A stretch of 64,000 bases of DNA from an uncultured Candidatus Saccharibacteria bacterium (GTDB lineage: Bacteria > Patescibacteriota > Minisyncoccia > Phycocordibacterales > JAACPR01): the NCBI GenBank assembly GCA_964402215.1, contig CAYOAT010000001.1, positions 70,703-134,702 on the forward strand, written 5' to 3'. The notes beneath the pieces were generated by a model. That model was not told the DNA's origin, made no database searches, and saw only the letters and a list, made by a program, of their open reading frames with translations. The translations under genes were made by a program, and so were the position numbers. Positions 30,827-40,304 of the stretch are shown here, piece by piece. Each line of letters starts with the position of its first letter. The first letter of the stretch is position 1.

Positions 30827-31654
30827 CTATATATTTTTACAAGAATCAAAGAGATTTTTGAACAAGCAAGCAACTGTCATGGGTCCAATTCCGCCGGGCA
30901 CTGGCGTAATTGCCGCAGCATTTAATCCGGACGTTTTTATGTCCCCAACCAATTTGCCGTTTTTATTATGTGAAATTCCCACACCTATAATAATTTGCTT
31001 TGAACTAAAAAGATTACTATTTAGAAACTCCGGTTTCCCTACTGCAGATACAACTATATCAGCACTAGCAATAACTTTTTTAATATTTTTAGTTTTGCTG
31101 TGACAAATAGTTACTGTCGAGTCGTTATTTAAAAATTGAATTGCTGTCGGGCGCCCAACAAGATTAGAACGACCTAATATAACAACATTTTTGCCAGCAA
31201 TTTTTATTTTGTAATAATCTAACAATTCAAAAATACCGCGAGTGGTGGCCGGAACGATACCTCCCTCTTCATTTCTCAACAACTTTGTAATGTTTGCGCT
31301 TGTTAAACCATCAACATCCTTGGCCGGGTCAATTGCATCAATTATTTCATTTTTATTATATTTTTGAGGAATCGGTAACTGTACAATAATACCCTGAACA
31401 CTTTTATCAGAATTTATTTTTTTAATTTCTTCAATAATTTTTTTCTGCGAAATCTTTTCGTTAAATTTTATGACTGATGCTTTTGCACCAACGGCTTCTG
31501 CAAATTTAATTTTTTGAGAAATATAAATATTTGAAACACTATCGTTTCCAATTTGAACAATTACAATGCTTGGCGTAACCTTTAAATTCCTTGCCAAACG
31601 AAAAAGTTTGGATTTTATTTTCTCATTTATTATTTTGCCACTAAGAATTTTCAT
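30827..31654 (-). CDS. folD: bifunctional methylene-THF dehydrogenase/methenyl-THF cyclohydrolase
   Basis: FolD motifs including GRSNLVGRP and CHSKT. Confidence 0.9.
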   Translation of the reverse strand: MKILSGKIINEKIKSKLFRLARNLKVTPSIVIVQIGNDSVSNIYISQKIKFAEAVGAKASVIKFNEKISQKKIIEEIKKINSDKSVQGIIVQLPIPQKYNKNEIIDAIDPAKDVDGLTSANITKLLRNEEGGIVPATTRGIFELLDYYKIKIAGKNVVILGRSNLVGRPTAIQFLNNDSTVTICHSKTKNIKKVIASADIVVSAVGKPEFLNSNLFSSKQIIIGVGISHNKNGKLVGDIKTSGLNAAAITPVPGGIGPMTVACLFKNLFDSCKNI

Positions 31655-31897
31655 TTGCTTTTGTAAACAACAGATTAGCTTAGAATGAATAATTAGGCAA
31701 AGTTAGTAAATAGTATAGAGAACTACAACCAGCATTAATCCGAGAACGAAATAATCAATTAATTTCTTAACTTTTTCATATTCAACAATCGCCGTATCAA
31801 GTTCGGTTTTTATTTTGTCGCTATTTTCTGCGGCCCCGTCGACATCTCGCGTTTTAACGATTTTTCGCTCGGTTTTCATTTGTTAAATTATAACAAA

Positions 31898-32656
31898 TTA
31901 TTTTGCCAAAAGTTCATCAATCAATGTAATCCAATTTGCTTCTGGTTGTGCTCCGCTAACAACAGTTCTTGAACCATCAGGTCCAATTACAATTGAAAAT
32001 GGTGTACCAATTCTGCCGGCATTTACATCTAGGGCTTCCTGGTAATTCTTTATTAGTGTAGCTACCTGTCTTTCTTCAGAAATACATTCATTAAAGTCAT
32101 CAACATCTAATCCTATTGATTCAGCGATTATAGGTAATTGAACCAAATCAAATCTATCATTTGAAGGAGTTGTGGAATAAATTTCATTCAAATATTCCCA
32201 GAATTTCTCATTTCCACCTAGTTCCCCTGCGCATTCAGCTGCGTGTGATTCCAAAGCTGCTTTTGCATGCAAAGTTGGTAGTGGTAATGCTCTGTAAACC
32301 CAAGCTATTTTATCACCATATTTAGCAGAAACATTTTTTAATGTTTTATGTAGAACGGCGCAGAAAGGACATTCTGGATCTGAATATTCAATAATAACGA
32401 CTTTGGCATTCAAATTACCAACTATGTGATCTGCGGCTTCAGGTGCTCTAGCTTTTGATATATCTTCTACTTCCACGGCGGTAGTTAAATTATCAAGTTG
32501 TGAATTTACACTGTTCATAAACTTTGAGTAAGTAATCTGTGGATCCACTTTTTGACTAGGTGAATTTGTAAAAATTATAGCTGCTGCGATTATGGCGCCA
32601 GCAATAACAATTGAAACAGCCATCCAAATATTCTCTTTTTTATTTTCCTCTGACAT
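31898..32656 (-). CDS. DsbA-like thioredoxin-fold protein, membrane anchored
   Basis: N-terminal TM; CxxC active site PECPFC. Confidence 0.75.
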   Translation of the reverse strand: MSEENKKENIWMAVSIVIAGAIIAAAIIFTNSPSQKVDPQITYSKFMNSVNSQLDNLTTAVEVEDISKARAPEAADHIVGNLNAKVVIIEYSDPECPFCAVLHKTLKNVSAKYGDKIAWVYRALPLPTLHAKAALESHAAECAGELGGNEKFWEYLNEIYSTTPSNDRFDLVQLPIIAESIGLDVDDFNECISEERQVATLIKNYQEALDVNAGRIGTPFSIVIGPDGSRTVVSGAQPEANWITLIDELLAK

Positions 32657-32720
32657 ACTTTTAAATTAAATTAATAATTACTAAACCCAAGTGAATATAA
32701 TAGTACTATAAATTTATTAT

Positions 32721-32796
32721 TGGGGCGACTATCGGGAATCGAACCCGAATTGAGAGTTCCACAAACTCTTGTGTTAACCGTTACACCATAGCCGCC
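32721..32796 (-). tRNA. tRNA-His (anticodon GTG) with encoded G-1
   Basis: hand-folded cloverleaf: acceptor GCGGCTA/TAGTCGC, anticodon loop TTGTGGA, T-loop TTCGATT, G-1:C73. Confidence 0.85.
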
Positions 32797-32814
32797 ATAA
32801 ACTCTAATTATACA

Positions 32815-33375
32815 TTATTTGTAACTTGGGGATTCCTCTTTTATACCAGACAAATGGTTAGAAAGTCTAGCTAAAGCATAAAGTAAACTTGATAAACGAT
32901 TTAAATAAATCAAGGTATTTTTACTGATTTCAACTTTTTTTTCATCAAAAACTGCCACCACTCGCCTTTCTGCTCGCCTGGCAATAGTTCTAGCAAAATC
33001 AAACAAACTTGATAACTCGGTTCCACCCGAAACAAAGAAAGATTTTATTGGTGGTAATTGTTTTTCAATTTCATTAACTATTTTTTCAATTTGTAATATT
33101 TTTTCTTCGACAATTTCTTTTTTGGCTCCTGCAACTTCGGCCTGGATAATAAATAAATTTTGTTGAATATCCGAAACAATATCAAAAAATGACTCGCCAG
33201 TTATTACTTCTAGATTTTGTTTTTTTGATGCAAGTTTTATAAAACCTAAATAGGAATTTATTTCATCAAGAGACCCAAGCGCCTCAGCAATTGTAGAACT
33301 CTTTGAAAATTTTTGGTCACAGCCAAAACAAGAGGTTGTTCCGTCGTCGCCTTTTTTTGTAAACAAAGGTGTCAT
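32815..33375 (-). CDS. PduO-type ATP:cob(I)alamin adenosyltransferase
   Basis: N-terminal KGDDGTTS motif typical of the PduO/MMAB family. Confidence 0.8.
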   Translation of the reverse strand: MTPLFTKKGDDGTTSCFGCDQKFSKSSTIAEALGSLDEINSYLGFIKLASKKQNLEVITGESFFDIVSDIQQNLFIIQAEVAGAKKEIVEEKILQIEKIVNEIEKQLPPIKSFFVSGGTELSSLFDFARTIARRAERRVVAVFDEKKVEISKNTLIYLNRLSSLLYALARLSNHLSGIKEESPSYK

Positions 33376-33415
33376 AATTTTTAATTATACTACATTAAAA
33401 AAAAACAAATCAAAC

Positions 33416-34366
33416 TTAGAATAAATTAAATAACTTAGCCATAAAAACTACATACAACAGTATGTATAACGCTCCCTCTTGTATATGAATTCTGCGTGAA
33501 ATTCCTGAAATTACAAATAGCAATGTTGTAATAATCATTACCGGTAAACCTAATAATAAAGTCTTTTCATCAAGTATTAATGTACTAAGTAGGCCCGGAA
33601 TTCCCACAACAACAAGTACGTTAAAAATGTTTGATCCAAAAATGTTTCCAATCGATAATTCTGATTTGTGTGCCAAAGCGGCCTTAACTGAAACCACAAG
33701 TTCAGGCAAGGAAGTTCCAATTGCAACTGCTGTAATCGCAATAATTCCTGGTGCGATTTTTAATAGTTCTGATAATTTTATAACCGCAACTATTAAATAT
33801 TGTGAACCAATAATTAAACCAGCAAAACCCAGAAACAATAATACGAAATCTCTTAACGATAATTTTGGTCTTTCGGATTTTAATTTTTCAATTTCATGTG
33901 GTTCATCGGCGTCGCTTGGTTTATAAATTAAAGAAAAACCAAGATAAACAATAAAGGTAATTAATAAGAATATTGATTCATATAATGACACCGATCCATC
34001 CATCGCGACAATCAAAAATATTGAAGTAGTTATAGCCAGTGTTGGTAGTTCAAGATCAATTAATTCTTTTTTTACAACAAGTCTACGAGCAACAATTGCT
34101 GAAAGACCGATAATTACCAAAATATTAAAAATATTAGAGCCGATAACGTTCGCAGCGACGATTTCAGGCGCATCATGTAAAACCGCAGTAATTGATGAAA
34201 TTAATTCTGGTAGTGAAGTTCCAAAACCGATTATTGTTACACCTATAATGAACGGTGATAAACCAACTGCCAGCCCAATTCTTTCAGCACTTTCCAAAAC
34301 CCAATCAGCACCTTTTACCAAAGCGAATAATGAAATAACAAATATAAAGATCCAAAAAAATATCAT
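33416..34366 (-). CDS. Ca2+/Na+ antiporter (CaCA family)
   Basis: two alpha-repeats with GTSLPEL. Confidence 0.85.
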   Translation of the reverse strand: MIFFWIFIFVISLFALVKGADWVLESAERIGLAVGLSPFIIGVTIIGFGTSLPELISSITAVLHDAPEIVAANVIGSNIFNILVIIGLSAIVARRLVVKKELIDLELPTLAITTSIFLIVAMDGSVSLYESIFLLITFIVYLGFSLIYKPSDADEPHEIEKLKSERPKLSLRDFVLLFLGFAGLIIGSQYLIVAVIKLSELLKIAPGIIAITAVAIGTSLPELVVSVKAALAHKSELSIGNIFGSNIFNVLVVVGIPGLLSTLILDEKTLLLGLPVMIITTLLFVISGISRRIHIQEGALYILLYVVFMAKLFNLF

Positions 34367-34447
34367 GTGTTTTTTAATTTTAGCATTGAAACTATGTAGC
34401 GCAAAATTGCAAATCTAATAAATGTCAGGCAAAATGGATAACATAAT

Positions 34448-34529
34448 GCCCAGGTGGTGGAATTGGTATACACGTACGCTTGAGGTGCGTATGCCGCAAG
34501 GCTTGGAGGTTCAAGTCCTCTCTTGGGCA
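34448..34529 (+). tRNA. tRNA-Leu (anticodon GAG), long variable arm
   Basis: acceptor GCCCAGG/CTTGGGC, perfect anticodon stem TACGC/GCGTA with loop TTGAGGT, 13-nt variable arm, T-loop TTCAAGT. Confidence 0.8.
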
Positions 34530-34551
34530 CAAAATATTAAAAACTGTGAAA

Positions 34552-34579
34552 CAAAAAACCGGCTAGTTGCCGGTTTTTT
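34552..34579. terminator. bidirectional terminator between tRNA-Leu and rplS
   Basis: A-run, CCGGC-tagtt-GCCGG hairpin, T-run. Confidence 0.6.
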
Positions 34580-35025
34580 TATTTCTTTTCTTCTGCAACA
34601 ACTTCTGGCTTTGATTCTTCTTTAGATTCTTCTTTGACTTCGACTGGAGCTTTTTCCTCGGTAGTGATGTCAATCATCATCATCTTCATCCTCTTACTCA
34701 TCTGCTTAATTGCTTGTCTGCGAATATTATAAAGTTTACTTCGACGAGTTTTTGATCTTTTAACAATTTCAATTTTATCAATCATTGGAGAATATAATGG
34801 AAAGATTTTTTCAGTTCCGTATCCATCTGTTGTTCTGCGAACAGTAAAAGTTGCTCCGGCTTCTGTTCCGTGTTTTCGAGCTAAAACCAAACCTTCAAAT
34901 TGTTGAACTCTGGTTTTGCCTTTTTCTTCAACTTTTTGATAAACACGAACAGTATCACCTGTTTGTAGGTCTAAGTTTTTTCTTGAATCTGTGTTTACTT
35001 GCGAGAATTGCATAGTGGTCAACAA
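34579..35025 (-). CDS. rplS: 50S ribosomal protein L19 with Lys/Glu-rich C-terminal extension
   Basis: L19 core (VRVYQKVEEKGKTRVQQFEGLV). Confidence 0.9.
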   Translation of the reverse strand: MLTTMQFSQVNTDSRKNLDLQTGDTVRVYQKVEEKGKTRVQQFEGLVLARKHGTEAGATFTVRRTTDGYGTEKIFPLYSPMIDKIEIVKRSKTRRSKLYNIRRQAIKQMSKRMKMMMIDITTEEKAPVEVKEESKEESKPEVVAEEKK

Positions 35026-35040
35026 TTTAGCATATGCCGA

Positions 35041-35766
35041 TTATTTAATCAAGGAAATTGCTGTCTTAAAGTCGTCAGGATAAGGAGCCTCAAAAGTTAT
35101 AATTTCGCCGGATAAACTAGTAAAACTTAAACTTTTTGCATGCAAAGCCGTTCGTTGAAAGCCCAAGAGAGACTCTCGATCTGGAGCATAAATTTCATCG
35201 CAGACAATAGGGTGATAAATGTGTTTTAAATGAACTCTGATTTGATGAGTTCTGCCGGTCTTTGGCGAGGCCTCGATATAAGTTACATTCTTGTCCATCG
35301 ATCTTTTTAAAACTTTTATTTCTGTAATTGCTTCACGCATCTCTCCTCTTGCCCGTAATCCAGCCAGCCACTGACGAAAATTCTTTTTACTTCGACCAAT
35401 TGGTTCATTAATTAAAACAGAATCTTCTTTTATATTTCCATAAACAAACGCTTCGTATTTTTTTTGAATTTTTCTATCTTGAAATTGTTTTTTTAAATCT
35501 TCAAAAGATTTTTGATTTCTTGCCACAACAATTACACCAGAAGTATCGCGATCAAGTCGATGAACAATTCCCGGTCTGGCGATTTTTGTTTCTTCTCCAG
35601 TTTTTTCATTTTTTATAACAAGTGGTTCACCAACATCTTTTGTTTCTGGAAACTTTTCTAAAATTAAATCACACAATGTTAGTTCATCTGTTCTACCATC
35701 TGAATGAACAATTAAACCAGCTGGTTTATTAATAACCAAAAAATCTTTATCTTCTTTGAGAATTTC
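35041..35766 (-). CDS. RluA-family pseudouridine synthase
   Basis: catalytic HRLDRDTSG motif; the ORF-track N-terminus overlaps tRNA-Val, so start placed at a TTG codon (35764-35766) just past the tRNA; start is uncertain. Confidence 0.7.
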   Translation of the reverse strand, partial: EILKEDKDFLVINKPAGLIVHSDGRTDELTLCDLILEKFPETKDVGEPLVIKNEKTGEETKIARPGIVHRLDRDTSGVIVVARNQKSFEDLKKQFQDRKIQKKYEAFVYGNIKEDSVLINEPIGRSKKNFRQWLAGLRARGEMREAITEIKVLKRSMDKNVTYIEASPKTGRTHQIRVHLKHIYHPIVCDEIYAPDRESLLGFQRTALHAKSLSFTSLSGEIITFEAPYPDDFKTAISLIK

Positions 35767-35772
35767 TAATAT

Positions 35773-35846
35773 CAATTTGTGGGCGTTAAGGGACTTGAAC
35801 CCCTGACCTACCCGGTGTAAACGGGTTGCTCTAGCCAACTGAGCTA
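35773..35846 (-). tRNA. tRNA-Val (anticodon TAC)
   Basis: acceptor GGGCGTT/AACGCCC, anticodon stem ACCCG/CGGGT with loop TTTACAC, T-loop TTCAAGT. Confidence 0.8.
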
Positions 35847-35908
35847 AACGCCCAACGTGGGACAGGTTGAGAATATCAAAAAAAACTTATTGTGGCTAGC
35901 TTTAATTG

Positions 35909-35980
35909 TCCTCTCGGCAGGAATCGAACCTACATCAATGCCTTAGAAGAGCACTGCTCTATCCATTGAGCTACGAGAGG
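35909..35980 (-). tRNA. tRNA-Arg (anticodon TCT)
   Basis: acceptor CCTCTCG/CGAGAGG, anticodon loop CTTCTAA, T-loop TTCGATT. Confidence 0.75.
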
Positions 35981-36020
35981 AATTACTAAAAAATAACAAT
36001 GAAATGGCAATCGGTCAATA

Positions 36021-36299
36021 TTATTCGGCGATCAATCGATCAAAATTATTTTTTCTGACTTCAAAATCATTCACAAGCTTATCAACTTTTTCCACATTAA
36101 CTGTTGTTGTATTTATGTCAGATTCAACAACATCCTTGCGGATTTTAGTTGTTATATTTTGATAAATAAATAAACCAAAAATAATTGTCAAAATTAAAAT
36201 TATAATCGCACCTTTCCAGAGAATGTGCCAATCAGAAACCTGATTCTTTCCAAAAACAGATAAAGTATTTTTATTATTTTGCAATTTTATAAATTTCAT
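36021..36299 (-). CDS. small membrane protein, last gene of the pilM/N/O operon
   Basis: 92 aa, single TM; translationally coupled to upstream gene. Confidence 0.4.
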   Translation of the reverse strand: MKFIKLQNNKNTLSVFGKNQVSDWHILWKGAIIILILTIIFGLFIYQNITTKIRKDVVESDINTTTVNVEKVDKLVNDFEVRKNNFDRLIAE

Positions 36300-36847
36300 A
36301 TGGCTTTTATAGAAACATCAATTGAAATATTCGCGCTCCATAAAATTTTATTATCAACATTGGAACTACTCAATTTTACAGAAGCAATTTCAGAGTAATA
36401 CGATAAATTTTCTACGAGTTTAATGAATTTATAAACCTTATCCCACTCACCTGTTGCGATTAGGATAATATTTAAATTTCCATATGGATTATTTTTATTT
36501 GTTTCTTCGTCTACGAGGCCAGAAACATCAACAGTTTGAGTTTTAATTACAACACTGCTTTTTTCTCCAAGATCTTCAACTTGTCCAATAAATTCAACAA
36601 TTTTGTCTTTTGATAAAAATAATCGATTGATCGATTCCTCTTTTGACACAACCTCAGACAAATTTCTTTCTAAATTAGAAACTCTATAATTTTGTGAATA
36701 CTCTTCAAAGAAAGTCTTATGCAAATCATAGATTTTTGAAGCATCTTCATTAATAAATTTAAAATATAAAACATCAAATATTAAAACAACGACCAAAACA
36801 ATAATGGTACAAATCAATATTGTTTTTGTTTTGTTGAAATTATTCAT
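36296..36847 (-). CDS. PilO-like type IV pilus assembly protein
   Basis: N-terminal TM plus periplasmic domain, position after PilN-like gene. Confidence 0.5.
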   Translation of the reverse strand: MNNFNKTKTILICTIIVLVVVLIFDVLYFKFINEDASKIYDLHKTFFEEYSQNYRVSNLERNLSEVVSKEESINRLFLSKDKIVEFIGQVEDLGEKSSVVIKTQTVDVSGLVDEETNKNNPYGNLNIILIATGEWDKVYKFIKLVENLSYYSEIASVKLSSSNVDNKILWSANISIDVSIKAI

Positions 36848-37421
36848 TGTTTGTTTTTTTTACACCGCGCGCCGGGATCAAACTAGCTGTGAACTGAATG
36901 TTGGTTATTTTTGCAAAATTTGAATACGGGATGTCAACAACACTAAACAAACTAGTTTTGTTTAGATTTTCCTGAAAAGCCAATAGATCTGCGCGTTTAT
37001 CTGCCATACCTCGCACATCTATTTTAATGAATTTTCTTCCGCTTTTATCTGCCGGGTCAATATACCCCATATCAACAACTATTCCGCTCAATATTATCCC
37101 AACATTTTTGCTTGATGTAAGTGCATCAATAAAAATGGAAGGGTTAACAATTTCTTTATTTAAAAACGCGATCTGTTCGTTAAGCAACCTTGATTTTTCG
37201 ACTAATTCTTTCCTTTGTTTTGAAATTTCATCAGCCCGAACATTTGAAACTTGATTTTCGGCAATATTTTTTGCAATTGAAACCTGAATATGTGTCGCCG
37301 CCAAAATTGCACCAAAAATAACTGCAGCCGTTATTATAAATATACTTGCCACAATCAAAAATCTAGAAAGATATTCTTTTCTTAGTATTTCAATATTTTC
37401 TTTTAATAAAAGTTTAATCAT
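36840..37421 (-). CDS. PilN-like type IV pilus assembly protein
   Basis: N-terminal TM followed by coiled coil; overlaps pilM stop. Confidence 0.55.
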   Translation of the reverse strand: MIKLLLKENIEILRKEYLSRFLIVASIFIITAAVIFGAILAATHIQVSIAKNIAENQVSNVRADEISKQRKELVEKSRLLNEQIAFLNKEIVNPSIFIDALTSSKNVGIILSGIVVDMGYIDPADKSGRKFIKIDVRGMADKRADLLAFQENLNKTSLFSVVDIPYSNFAKITNIQFTASLIPARGVKKTNNE

Positions 37422-38445
37422 TTTTTTTTAAGGAAAGAGCAAGTCCAATCGCCACTGCATAATTTAATGAATCATTCTTGTTTATTTTTGGAACAAACTC
37501 ATTTATATCAAAACAGTTTGACCAAACATTTCCGGTTTCAACATTAATTTTTAAATGTCTTTCAAGAAATTCATCAATCTCTTGAGAACTACTATTCTCT
37601 CCAATAATATACGCTGTTTTTATTTTTTTGTGTTCCTCACCAAAATTACGATTTGTAAACCAAAAGACTAATAGTTTATTTAGAGCATTTTTCAATTCAG
37701 TGGCCTTATCACCATTTTGATTAGAAATAATTTCATTCATACCGACTGAAACAGATGAAGAATACTGAACGGTATTTCTTTCAACTATTGCGACATTTGT
37801 TCTATCGTCAAGTAAACGAATTAATAAATATGGATCCTTATCACCAGACTTGATTACCGCAGCAGCAGACGCGATAGATTCGGATTGAAAACAAACCGGA
37901 AACAAACCTGCCTGATTCAATATCGTAGTGTAAACAGAAATAACATTTTTTGGAAAAACCATGACAACTATATCTATCTTCCCTTTCTTTAATAGTTCTT
38001 CATCATCAAGAATTGAATAATCAAAGACGGCGTCTACCATTGATAATGGAACATTCTCCTCAATTGAAAATTGAACTGCTGAATAAATATTTTTCAAAGC
38101 CTCTTTTGGTAATTGAATTTTATAAATATAAGTTTCAATTTCTGGCAAAGCAACGGCGACAAATTTTAATTTTAATTCTTTTTTTAACTTAGAAAGCGTT
38201 TCAACGAGGATTTTTGCTTCTTCAGAATTAATATCTTTCGTTTTAGAAATATTAATAATGTCACATTTTTTATCAATTTCGATTTCTTTATATATTTCTG
38301 GCAAAGAATTGCCGTGACTATTCTTTAACTTCATTACCCGAATTTTTTTAGAAGAGATATCAATTGAAACAGGATCAAAACTTAAATAGTTTGGTATTGG
38401 GAAACCATCATCAATATTTAAAGATAAACGAACGGACTGAAACAT
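37414..38445 (-). CDS. pilM: type IV pilus assembly protein PilM (actin-like ATPase fold)
   Basis: size, actin-like fold pattern and operon context with PilN/PilO-like genes. Confidence 0.65.
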   Translation of the reverse strand: MFQSVRLSLNIDDGFPIPNYLSFDPVSIDISSKKIRVMKLKNSHGNSLPEIYKEIEIDKKCDIINISKTKDINSEEAKILVETLSKLKKELKLKFVAVALPEIETYIYKIQLPKEALKNIYSAVQFSIEENVPLSMVDAVFDYSILDDEELLKKGKIDIVVMVFPKNVISVYTTILNQAGLFPVCFQSESIASAAAVIKSGDKDPYLLIRLLDDRTNVAIVERNTVQYSSSVSVGMNEIISNQNGDKATELKNALNKLLVFWFTNRNFGEEHKKIKTAYIIGENSSSQEIDEFLERHLKINVETGNVWSNCFDINEFVPKINKNDSLNYAVAIGLALSLKKND

Positions 38446-38492
38446 AAAGAAATTATACTACATTTATAATTTCTTTATAAGATTTTTGTAAA

Positions 38493-38834
38493 CTAAGAGA
38501 TTTTTGTGCCTGCGGGGATAAAATCTTCGACGATCAATAATGACAATTTATTATTTTCTCTATCCGCTGCCGCCATAATCATGCCGTTGCTTTCAAGACC
38601 TTTAATTACCCTTGGTAGAAGATTCGTAATAAATGGACACTTTTTACCAATTAAATCAGATGGATTTTGATAATACTCCGCAATTCCAGAAATAATTTGT
38701 CGTGTATGATCACCAAAATCAACTTCAAGACGCAATAATTTATCAGCATCAGCTACTTTTTCTGCTGATTTGATTTGCCCAATTTTAATTTCGACTTTTT
38801 TAAATTCATCAATTGAAATTTTTTGTTCTTCCAT
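38493..38834 (-). CDS. stand-alone tRNA-binding domain protein (MetRS C-terminal/Trbp111/CsaA-like)
   Basis: EMAP/Myf OB-fold: FKKVEIKIGQI...LLRLEVDFGD...PRVIKGLESNGMIMAA. Confidence 0.8.
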   Translation of the reverse strand: MEEQKISIDEFKKVEIKIGQIKSAEKVADADKLLRLEVDFGDHTRQIISGIAEYYQNPSDLIGKKCPFITNLLPRVIKGLESNGMIMAAADRENNKLSLLIVEDFIPAGTKIS

Positions 38835-38847
38835 ATGTTTATAATTA

Positions 38848-39243
38848 TTAACGGTTTTGTTTGTCTAAATAATCCTGCAAAATAATCGCTGCGGCAGAAG
38901 CATCAATTTTTTCTGTCTTTCCGCTAACATTTCTGGCTTCCATACTAGTAAGATATTCGGGATTTAAATATACATCGATTTCCAGTTCTGTTTCTAAAAC
39001 TTTTTTTAAATCAATTATTTCTGTCATTATTTCATTGTCCTCCATCTTGTAATTTTTTGACTCTCCGATAATGATTTTATTTATCGAGTTTTCGACGATA
39101 ATCTTTTTTAGATTTTCCAGCATTTTATGATCGTTTTCTAAAATACTTTTTGGAAAAGCAATTTTTCCATTATCATCAGATATTGCGATACCAATTCTTT
39201 TTGTCCCGTAATCTATACCAATATATTTCATAGAATGTATCAT
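38848..39243 (-). CDS. ruvX: Holliday-junction resolvase-like RuvX/YqgF
   Basis: MKYIGIDYGTKRIGIAISD RNase-H-like N-terminus (likely true start at this internal Met). Confidence 0.85.
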   Translation of the reverse strand: MIHSMKYIGIDYGTKRIGIAISDDNGKIAFPKSILENDHKMLENLKKIIVENSINKIIIGESKNYKMEDNEIMTEIIDLKKVLETELEIDVYLNPEYLTSMEARNVSGKTEKIDASAAAIILQDYLDKQNR

Positions 39244-39282
39244 TGCAAAACAAACGTTTTTTGGCTAGTATTCATTGTTATT

Positions 39283-39373
39283 GGAGAGATGGCAGAGTGG
39301 TTGAATGCACCGGTCTTGAAAACCGGAATACTCGAAAGGGTATCGTGAGTTCGAATCTCACTCTCTCCGCCAA
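39283..39373 (+). tRNA. tRNA-Ser (anticodon TGA), encoded CCA
   Basis: acceptor GGAGAGA/TCTCTCC, anticodon stem CCGGT/ACCGG with loop CTTGAAA, long variable arm, T-loop TTCGAAT. Confidence 0.9.
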
Positions 39374-39514
39374 GTCGTGACGGGTTATTTCTGCACGAGA
39401 CACGTCGATACTGTTTATACACAGTGGTTGAAATTTTTATCAAAAGCCTATTCAAAAATTAGTATCACTGAATTTATTTTATTTTGTTTTTTATACCCCC
39501 CCGTCATCATAATT

Positions 39515-40234
39515 TTATTTCTTATCCTCTAGGTATGATTCCATCATAAATCTTATTGTATTATTTATTTTTCCTACGATTTTTACTATATCATTTAAAT
39601 AGTTTTCAGATTTTATTTTCAATAATTTATCGGTGTAGGAACTAACTGCACCATCGCAATAATAAAATCTTGTTGTAGAAACATTATCACCTAAGGAATA
39701 GTAGGCTTTTTGGTTGTAATTGTTCTTAGGCGAATCAAAAAAAGTATTTATAAAACCAGATCTTATTTCCTTTAGAGATTGATCGTAGTGGAAGGTCACA
39801 TTACTTCTAATCCTTGATATATGAGACAAAAAATCATTTTTATTTTCATCATACAAAACATCTAAAACATCATGCCAATCATTTCTTATATCTGATGGTA
39901 ATTTTTTTTCAAAAAGAATAAACGATATTGAGCTAGTAACCTTTTTATTCTTTTCAAGAAAAATAAATAATTCACTAGTCAAACTGATAATTAATCTATT
40001 TAAATGATTATTAAGACCGGCCCAAGAGCCAAGATGGTCATTTGGTGGTTCACTATTATCAGAATTCGGTTTTCTATATTCCTTTACTATATATTCAACA
40101 AAAAACAACAAATCTTTCAAATCATTAAAAATCAAACCCAATACCAAAAAGAAATTATCAAAATCACTATCCTTATCCTTCTGTATAATTTTAGATGGAT
40201 TGATACTTTTTAAATTTCCCTCAAATTCTTTCAT
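39515..40234 (-). CDS. hypothetical protein (possible HEPN-like Rx5H motif, unverified)
   Basis: 239 aa, no TM; RIRSNVTFH resembles an Rx4-6H motif; directly downstream of the UvrD-like helicase. Confidence 0.45.
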   Translation of the reverse strand: MKEFEGNLKSINPSKIIQKDKDSDFDNFFLVLGLIFNDLKDLLFFVEYIVKEYRKPNSDNSEPPNDHLGSWAGLNNHLNRLIISLTSELFIFLEKNKKVTSSISFILFEKKLPSDIRNDWHDVLDVLYDENKNDFLSHISRIRSNVTFHYDQSLKEIRSGFINTFFDSPKNNYNQKAYYSLGDNVSTTRFYYCDGAVSSYTDKLLKIKSENYLNDIVKIVGKINNTIRFMMESYLEDKK

Positions 40235-40304
40235 TATTTTTCATTAATATTTTATTAACACATTTTGAATTTGCTCCTCAAGATTTTTTTGCATGACGAT
40301 GAAA

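Noticed and set aside
39240-39455. 71-aa minus-strand ORF
   Set aside because: It lies antisense across tRNA-Ser (39283-39373) and its terminator-like flank. The tRNA cloverleaf is unambiguous, so the ORF is spurious.
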